Positions 58,469-64,000 of a stretch of DNA of 64,000 nt are shown here, piece by piece. This stretch comes from an uncultured bacterium. GTDB lineage: Bacteria > Patescibacteriota > Minisyncoccia > UBA6257 > GWB1-50-10. The notes beneath the pieces are model-generated. The model saw nothing but the letters and a program-made list of their open reading frames with translations. It was not told where the DNA came from and ran no database searches. A program made the position numbers and the translations under genes. Positions within the stretch are counted from its first letter, which is position 1. Every line of letters begins with the position of its first letter. The DNA lies in assembly GCA_963713955.1 (NCBI GenBank), contig OY970216.1:570252-634251 (forward strand), written 5' to 3'.

Positions 58469-59247
58469 GCAGGGAAAGGAACGTATCCGCCCTGGCTCGC
58501 GCCATGGGTGTCTCGCGCTCATCGCTCTATTACGTCGCAACGCAGGACAAGAAGGATTGGGCATTAAAGGTCCGGACGGAGGAGGTGCTTCACGAGCATC
58601 CCTCATACGGCTCACGCCGACTGGCGATTGCGCTCGGCATCGGCAGACCGAGAGCGCAACGGGTCATGCGGATTTACGGCATCAAGCCCTACCGCAGGCA
58701 TGGGAGAAAATACAGGAAATCCAAGGCGGAACGGCACTTCCCGAACCTCCTCCTCGGCATTATGCCATCATATGCGAACCATGTCTGGGCGACGGATTTC
58801 ACGGAGCTTGTCTTTCACGGGAAGAAGCTGTACGTATCAACGATCCTTAACCTGTTTACGAGGCAACTGATGGGCGTTCATGTGGCGACCCGGAAGGGAT
58901 CGACGCTCACCATCCAAACTCTGGCGAACGCGCTCTTCCATTGCCCGCGACCCGTGATCTTCCATTCTGACAACGGGAGGGAATACGAAGCGAAGGCGTT
59001 CATCGCTATGCTTGAGCGCTACGGCATCACCATCTCCCGCTCACGCCCCGGATCGCCGTGGGAGAACGGATACCAAGAATCTTTCTACGGAAAATTCAAA
59101 ATGGATCTTGGCGATCCTAATCGGTTCAGATCCTTAGGGGAACTTGTGGCGGAGATCTACCGAACGCTTTGGGAGTACAACCATACAAGAATCCACTCCG
59201 CTCTCAGGATGCCGCCTTCGGTGTTTGCAGAGAAGATAGCAGTGTGA
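58465..59247 (+). CDS. IS3-family transposase OrfB (rve)
   Basis: Identical to the other OrfB copies. Confidence 0.85.
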   Translation: MSRERNVSALARAMGVSRSSLYYVATQDKKDWALKVRTEEVLHEHPSYGSRRLAIALGIGRPRAQRVMRIYGIKPYRRHGRKYRKSKAERHFPNLLLGIMPSYANHVWATDFTELVFHGKKLYVSTILNLFTRQLMGVHVATRKGSTLTIQTLANALFHCPRPVIFHSDNGREYEAKAFIAMLERYGITISRSRPGSPWENGYQESFYGKFKMDLGDPNRFRSLGELVAEIYRTLWEYNHTRIHSALRMPPSVFAEKIAV

Positions 59248-59297
59248 GAGAATGAAAAAACGACGAGAAAACTTGTCGAGTGACTGTCTAAAGAAAC

Positions 59298-60389
59298 CTA
59301 TCCATCACAGGGCGTAATCTTCAATCTCGGACCATCAGGTACTTCCTTATCGATGAGATCCCTCAATTCTTCGCCAGTCAAAGCGGAACCTGCGATATTG
59401 CCGCGTACGGTGAACAGTTTCCACACATCCCTCAACTTCGCCACCATAGCCATACCTCTTTCACGGCTAATTCCCTCAATGTCGAAATTTTTACCAAGGT
59501 AACGATGAAGCGTTGCCGGTGAAATTCTCTCTTCGCGGACCATTCTTGCTAAAAATTCCACCAGTTTTCGAGCATCGAGGTGATAACCAGGGTAGCGGTA
59601 AATATACAAATCTCTCCCTCTTCGATCCAAAGTTGGGATAGAATCGCCGAAGTCAAGGATTTTTGAGGCGGGAGTGAAAGCAATGGGATACTTATTGCCG
59701 TCAACCTCGACAGTCAAAGTGCTCTCAATGAACCTATCGATGATCACTCCGGTAATGTATCTGGCCTTCGTATTCCTCAAGTCTTCCAACATGTGACAAC
59801 TTATAAGCCCATAGCAAGCGGCGCTATGAGCGTGATGAGACGAAAGACTTTTAGACGAGGGTTCTTCTTCGTTGAGATAGAAAGGATCAATGCCGCACAT
59901 ACGCGAGCATCCAGGGAACACTTCGGTATAAGATTCACCGAGAGCACATAAGTATTCCTGAACGATGTCGGAGACTAGTCTGCCACCGTACTTGAATACA
60001 TCGAGTTCGCCAGCACCAGTTGGTACGCCGTCAGACGGGACAAGACGAATGCTAAACCATTCTTCTACGGGGGTTCCGTCGGCCGTTGAGTACATAACTT
60101 GAGCGGCGTAAATTGCCGACTTCACATCGAATTTATCAAGCGGCGGCCGGTCACCATAGATGTAATAGGACCCTCGCATGGAAAGCAAGAGTTCATAGAG
60201 AACATCATCTATCCATCGCTCGTCGTGAATACTTTTTATGCGGTATACGGAATATGTTTCACCGGGGGTTTGCCACACAGAAACAGGAGGAGGAAGTTCC
60301 TTGAGAAGCAATCTTATTTCGCGGGCATTAAGTTCCCGTGAAATGCTCTCTAGGGGATTTACTTCATTATCCAAGAATTTTATTTTCAT
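59298..60389 (-). CDS. Hypothetical 363-aa protein; third gene of the E1-like/nitroreductase operon
   Basis: A 9-nt gap separates it from the upstream gene. It has several Cys and His residues (CALGESY, GCSRMCG, SHHAHSAACYGLISCH). I recognise no family, and no clear YcaO motifs. Confidence 0.5.
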   Translation of the reverse strand: MKIKFLDNEVNPLESISRELNAREIRLLLKELPPPVSVWQTPGETYSVYRIKSIHDERWIDDVLYELLLSMRGSYYIYGDRPPLDKFDVKSAIYAAQVMYSTADGTPVEEWFSIRLVPSDGVPTGAGELDVFKYGGRLVSDIVQEYLCALGESYTEVFPGCSRMCGIDPFYLNEEEPSSKSLSSHHAHSAACYGLISCHMLEDLRNTKARYITGVIIDRFIESTLTVEVDGNKYPIAFTPASKILDFGDSIPTLDRRGRDLYIYRYPGYHLDARKLVEFLARMVREERISPATLHRYLGKNFDIEGISRERGMAMVAKLRDVWKLFTVRGNIAGSALTGEELRDLIDKEVPDGPRLKITPCDG

Positions 60390-60398
60390 GGCTGCCTC

Positions 60399-61499
60399 CT
60401 AAGATTCTTCAGACGAAATTTCGACCACTTCGTCAACAGGCACACGAGGTGCATGAGGTGGTCGTGCTGTTCGCCCTTCCAAGGAGTACCCAAGTCGAAA
60501 GATGACTGTCGGTCTCCCCTGTTTCCAGAGTCGCATTTTAAGAGCAGTGTTCAGAATTGGTTCTTCTACCATAGCAGCATGCACCGAAAGATCCAGTCCC
60601 TCGAGTTCCGCTAGGAGCGCACATCGCTCGAGCGATCTTCCAGCAGAAACCCAAGAGGAAGGTTTATCCTCTGATGCACCAATAATTCCAATGAGGGGCG
60701 CTGAGAGAAATGTTTCTCGATCGCCGGCAGGAAAGGCGTCCGCAAGGTACGTGTCAAATTGACCGTCACCTAAAAGTGCGCGGTGAACTTTCTCCGCCAA
60801 CTCGTCGTCGAAGTCAAACGTCGCGCCGGGCATACATCTTCCTTCGAGAGTATCGTTTGGGCGAAGGAAATTACCCAACTCGTTCCGGAATTTCGTTAAG
60901 GCAACAACGGCGTTATCGGCAGCATACTGTGCTTCCGCCATCATGCCGCGCGTAAACCGGTCGGTTACGGCACTGAATGAACAACCAAATCGGTTCACGA
61001 TTTTCTTCATCTCCTCAACGAGGTTTTGCGGTACCTTTCTCCCTTCGTCAAATCTCTTGCGGTTCATGCGTCTTTGTTTCATCGCATTCATAATTTGAAC
61101 ATCGGAACCACCTTTCATTGTGGGATCACCAACCTGCACCGTTACAAAGGGTAAGGGGTAACCTTCCGTGCAAAGAGGATATTTCACAGAGCACCAAGAG
61201 CCATAGTGATCAGCCGCCGTGAGAAAATTTTCAAGAGTGCAACCGATACTTATAGCCGCTTGGCGACCCGTTTTGTCAGATGCGGGCAACACGAAGCGCG
61301 AATCAAGACAGATGTCGATGGTGTTCGTCGCCGGACGGACGACGAAACTCCATGGCTGAGTGTTATGACTACTCGCTGCAAGAATCGCCCACGACACAAG
61401 GTGTTTCAGAAACCGCTCCTTCGAAACCGCTTCGGTCAACGGTTCTATCTGCCAAGCGGCATAGTTGGGAGTTCTGGGTGTTGCATCTTCACGAAACAT
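60399..61499 (-). CDS. Nitroreductase-superfamily protein, two-domain (SagB/McbC-like FMN oxidoreductase fold)
   Basis: The N-terminus reads AILAASSHNTQPWSFVV. The second half contains LSAPLIGIIGAS and VHAAMVEE. It overlaps the upstream gene by 11 nt. Confidence 0.6.
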   Translation of the reverse strand: MFREDATPRTPNYAAWQIEPLTEAVSKERFLKHLVSWAILAASSHNTQPWSFVVRPATNTIDICLDSRFVLPASDKTGRQAAISIGCTLENFLTAADHYGSWCSVKYPLCTEGYPLPFVTVQVGDPTMKGGSDVQIMNAMKQRRMNRKRFDEGRKVPQNLVEEMKKIVNRFGCSFSAVTDRFTRGMMAEAQYAADNAVVALTKFRNELGNFLRPNDTLEGRCMPGATFDFDDELAEKVHRALLGDGQFDTYLADAFPAGDRETFLSAPLIGIIGASEDKPSSWVSAGRSLERCALLAELEGLDLSVHAAMVEEPILNTALKMRLWKQGRPTVIFRLGYSLEGRTARPPHAPRVPVDEVVEISSEES

Positions 61500-62724
61500 G
61501 GCTAACCTCCTTCGCTATCGCACTTTGGTCGAAAAATGTTCTTTCCTGCAACTCAAATCCAAGCAATGCTAACCCAATGTGCCGGGCTAACTCCGCCCCA
61601 GCTTTTGTAGCAGTAGAACCTAATTGAGGTAACCCTTTGAACATAGGTTGAATCTCTCGGACCACGGGAGGCCGGTCGCGTAATACAGGAGAGAGCCCTG
61701 GAAGCATCAACTGCTTGAATTCCGGCACGCTCAAACAATCTGTACCGACGATAGCAAGAAAGAGTTCCATAAAATCTTCCTGCTTATGCGTTCTGTGCCA
61801 GCGATCCAGTTTCTCGAACAATTTATCGTCCGATATACTGTTCCCCATGAGCGGAGGTGAATTATCAAGATCAAACCGCTGGACATCGATCTGAAAACAC
61901 TGCCCGAGGTCAGAAACCATAAAAACCGGAATCCTGAAACGACGAGCTACCTCACGGATATGAATTTTCATATCAAGATCGTCCATTTCCTCGACAATGA
62001 TCGTCGCGGGAGGCTCATTGCGAGCAGGGTTACCACCCACAAAGTCCTCTATGTTGTCGATATGGACTCCTTCGTTATAAACTGAGAATGTCATAAAGGG
62101 ATCCATTGATTGCAGTTCAAATGCAGTCGCTTCAGCTTTATTCAAGCCCATTTGCCGATACGTCAAGGGAAGACGATTTGCATTCGAAACGTGAAACGTT
62201 TTCGCATCAGCCAGTTTCATACCACAGGGATGCAGGTCTTCAAAAAGCACGCGAGCGACGTTCCCACCGAGACTACACCCGGCAATTGCGACCACGGGCC
62301 TTTCGAACTTCTCCCGTACATCTCTCCACGACAGTCTCATCTCAGGATCCTGATAGAGCGTCTTATTTCTGACGTAGAACGAGAGTTGATGCCAGCGCGG
62401 TGGCGCATATCTCACCACATCTCCGTTCCGTGGATACCATACAGAGACCCCGTATGATACGTCGTCTCTCTTGGATTTGAACAATTCATATTCCTTCACG
62501 AAATCGTCTTTGAATTCGGATCCAGGAACCAAGTCTTCCAAAAGAGACTCCATGGCAAAAGGTGCCATATCGTAGTAATGAGAAGGAGAAACCTTTATTG
62601 TCTCTTCTCTTCCGTCACTGTCCTTGAGATGAATAGACAATCCAGTAGATGGACTGCCAGAAACACTATCCGGCTCCAAGATGACCGGTGCTCCGTCGTA
62701 CGCAGCGTACAGTCTTGTTTCCAT
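61489..62724 (-). CDS. ThiF/MoeB-family E1-like adenylyltransferase-fold protein with an about 150-aa N-terminal extension
   Basis: The Rossmann motif VVAIAGCSLGGNVARVL is present. The D-x-D-x-V-x-x-SNLNRQ equivalent reads KLADAKTFHVSNANRLPL. GLNKAEATAFELQSMDP and IPVFMVSDLG are also present. Confidence 0.65.
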   Translation of the reverse strand: METRLYAAYDGAPVILEPDSVSGSPSTGLSIHLKDSDGREETIKVSPSHYYDMAPFAMESLLEDLVPGSEFKDDFVKEYELFKSKRDDVSYGVSVWYPRNGDVVRYAPPRWHQLSFYVRNKTLYQDPEMRLSWRDVREKFERPVVAIAGCSLGGNVARVLFEDLHPCGMKLADAKTFHVSNANRLPLTYRQMGLNKAEATAFELQSMDPFMTFSVYNEGVHIDNIEDFVGGNPARNEPPATIIVEEMDDLDMKIHIREVARRFRIPVFMVSDLGQCFQIDVQRFDLDNSPPLMGNSISDDKLFEKLDRWHRTHKQEDFMELFLAIVGTDCLSVPEFKQLMLPGLSPVLRDRPPVVREIQPMFKGLPQLGSTATKAGAELARHIGLALLGFELQERTFFDQSAIAKEVSHVS

Positions 62725-62874
62725 AACTAACCTTCCTTTCTTTGTCTTGTGTGGAATATGTTTATGAATTATGAAATTGTAAACAAGGGTCTCATCCCAC
62801 TACTATAATTAGCGTGACACGCGGAACCGCGCTTGTCAAAACAAGCATCAATCAGAAAATGGTATAATTAACAA

Positions 62875-63285
62875 ATGCCGGACCAAACAATCATTTCACT
62901 GAACGGGGCGACGATTCTCATTGCGGAGGATGACGCACTCGTCTCAAAGCTGTACGAAAAGAAAATCGAACTCTCAGGAGGAAAACCGATCGTCGCGGTC
63001 GACGGGGAGGACACACTCAAAAAACTTGAGAGTACGAAGATCGATCTCATTCTCCTCGACATCAAGATGCCCAAAATGAACGGCTATGAAGTACTCCGGA
63101 GAGTAAAAAACAACCCGGCAACGAAGGACATCCCAGTCATCGTACTCACGAGCCTCGAAACCCATCCGGAATATCTCGAGAAAACAACGGGCATCAAAGT
63201 CGACGAATATCTCATGAAAGCCGATACGTTACCCGACGAAGTCATACAGAAAATATCCGAACACCTCGGCGAGAAAAAAGGATAA
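62875..63285 (+). CDS. Stand-alone response-regulator receiver domain (CheY-like)
   Basis: The acidic pocket reads IAEDD, the phospho-acceptor DLILLDIKMP, then VIVLTS and a conserved Lys. No output domain is present. Confidence 0.8.
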   Translation: MPDQTIISLNGATILIAEDDALVSKLYEKKIELSGGKPIVAVDGEDTLKKLESTKIDLILLDIKMPKMNGYEVLRRVKNNPATKDIPVIVLTSLETHPEYLEKTTGIKVDEYLMKADTLPDEVIQKISEHLGEKKG

Positions 63286-63483
63286 ATGAGGAAAGGTCGG
63301 GGTACGCTTTTTTTCAAATCAATGCCAAAAGCAAAAAAGAAAAAAACGACTAAAAAGACAAGGAAAGCCACGTCAAAGGCGGTATTGAAAAGCACGGCGT
63401 GCGATTGCGCCCTCGGCGTCTGCAGATGCAAGACCTGCGTCTGTACCTGCACCAACGGAAAGTGCAAGTGCGTCTGCAAGTAA
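63286..63483 (+). CDS. Small cationic Cys-rich peptide (65 aa): a Lys-rich N-terminus followed by 11 Cys in CxC repeats
   Basis: It is translationally coupled to the receiver gene (TAAATG). The C-terminus reads CDCALGVCRCKTCVCTCTNGKCKCVCK. Confidence 0.5.
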   Translation: MRKGRGTLFFKSMPKAKKKKTTKKTRKATSKAVLKSTACDCALGVCRCKTCVCTCTNGKCKCVCK

Positions 63484-63501
63484 CCGCTTCTTGTTTCAAA
63501 A

Positions 63502-64000
63502 ATGCAAAAAACCAGACTGGCGGTCGCGGGCGACGAAGGTTCCTTTTCCGAGGAAGCGGGGCTCGCCTACACCCAAAGAACCGGGCTCAAAACGAAGCTT
63601 GTTTTCGCGACTGACATGGAGGGCGTGCTTTCATTAGTCGAAAGGGGCGAGGTCAACTTGGGAATATTCCCGGTCGTGAACTCACGAGGCGGTCTCGTGC
63701 AAACCGCTTTCGAAGCAATGGGCCGCCATTTATTCGCAATCGTCGGCGAGGTCTGGCTCGACGTGCACCAATGCCTCATGACTCTGCCGACGATCAAGAA
63801 ATCGCAAATAAAGAGGATAGCGAGCCATCCCCAGGCGATTTCCCAATGCGAACGGTACCTCGCCAAAGAATTTAAAAACATGCCGCTCGAAGAGCGGGAA
63901 GACACGGCCAAGGCGGCGAGCGACTTGGCCTCCGGGCTTTTATCGAAAAGCACCGCTGTTATAGCCCCAGCCAAGTCTGCTCGCATCTACGGACTGAAAA
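63502..64000 (+). CDS. pheA: Prephenate dehydratase, 5' part; continues beyond the window
   Basis: The N-terminus reads RLAVAGDEGSFSEEA with TLPTIKKSQIKRIASHPQAISQC, matching the PDT domain. The frame is open to the window end. Confidence 0.7.
   Translation, partial: MQKTRLAVAGDEGSFSEEAGLAYTQRTGLKTKLVFATDMEGVLSLVERGEVNLGIFPVVNSRGGLVQTAFEAMGRHLFAIVGEVWLDVHQCLMTLPTIKKSQIKRIASHPQAISQCERYLAKEFKNMPLEEREDTAKAASDLASGLLSKSTAVIAPAKSARIYGLK

Larger units (their letters stand above)
58151..59309 (+). mobile_element. IS3-family insertion sequence, copy 3 (1159 bp; identical to copies 1 and 2), nested in the other IS's fragment
   Basis: The terminal inverted repeats and internal sequence are identical to the other copies. 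Confidence 0.85.

Noticed and set aside
59298-60389. Calling the 363-aa protein a YcaO cyclodehydratase, to complete a TOMM B/C/D set
   Set aside because: I cannot find the YcaO ATP/Mg-binding motifs (SxxxExxER, SNGxAxG). I left it as an unknown.
1-64000. CRISPR arrays or cas genes
   Set aside because: I saw no regularly spaced short direct repeats. The only Cas-like protein is the stand-alone Cas4/RecB-like nuclease at 9811-10566.

Overview
This 64-kb window looks like a chromosomal segment of a small-genome bacterium, possibly a Patescibacteria/CPR-like lineage. Evidence for that guess: a pilin-like gene fragment, Ser/Thr/Asn-rich secreted proteins, a short UvrC lacking the C-terminal HhH domain, and many hypothetical genes; this placement is inference only. 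Most sequence is about 50-55% GC, with a few AT-rich pockets.

Housekeeping genes dominate the window:
- Nucleotide excision repair: the 3' end of uvrB, a short uvrA, and a short uvrC.
- Translation and ribosome factors: hpf, typA/bipA, ychF, rplI, rpmA, gltX, fmt, def, rnc and a 5'-partial pheA.
- Other repair and stress genes: xth, cspA and an ssrA-independent CtpA-type protease.
- A split cell-wall cluster on the minus strand: mraY, an amidohydrolase-like gene, ftsW, then (after intervening genes) murG and murC, plus dacA-like and M23 peptidase genes.
- scpA and scpB.
- A complete branched-chain amino-acid ABC transporter (livFGMHK) and an ABC-2 exporter pair.

The accessory content is dense:
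- Three 100% identical 1159-bp copies of one IS3-family element with a canonical A_AAA_AAG -1 frameshift site. Each copy truncates the neighbouring genes.
- A second, related IS3-family element of about 1.1 kb, plus a 162-bp fragment of its end that has been invaded by the third copy of the first element (a nested insertion).
- One IS1595-family transposase gene.
- A tRNA-Gln(CUG) followed within 260 bp by two further copies of its 3' end (one direct, one inverted). These look like integration-site scars and sit ahead of a lower-GC gene block.

The most interesting locus is a three-gene operon on the minus strand at 59298-62724, flanked on one side by an IS copy. It encodes a ThiF/MoeB (E1-like) adenylyltransferase-fold protein with a 150-aa N-terminal extension, a two-domain nitroreductase-fold (SagB/McbC-like) protein, and a 363-aa protein I cannot place in any family. 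Diverging from it are a standalone receiver-domain gene that is translationally coupled (TAAATG) to a 65-aa peptide. That peptide has a lysine-rich N-terminus and 11 Cys in CxC repeats in its C-terminal 27 residues, so it could be a RiPP/azole-type precursor or a metallothionein-like protein.

Other oddities:
- A ligT/thpR gene interrupted by a single in-frame TGA immediately before its first catalytic HxT motif.
- A tandem-repeat protein (five repeats of about 62 aa) next to the IS1595 transposase.
- A NYN-domain gene in an AT-rich islet.
- A Cas4/RecB-like PD-(D/E)XK nuclease with Fe-S-type cysteines.
- A conserved GTTCGAAC...GTCCACT motif upstream of small island genes.
- A 14-bp perfect inverted repeat enclosing a 118-nt structured element.

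No CRISPR array and no rRNA were found.
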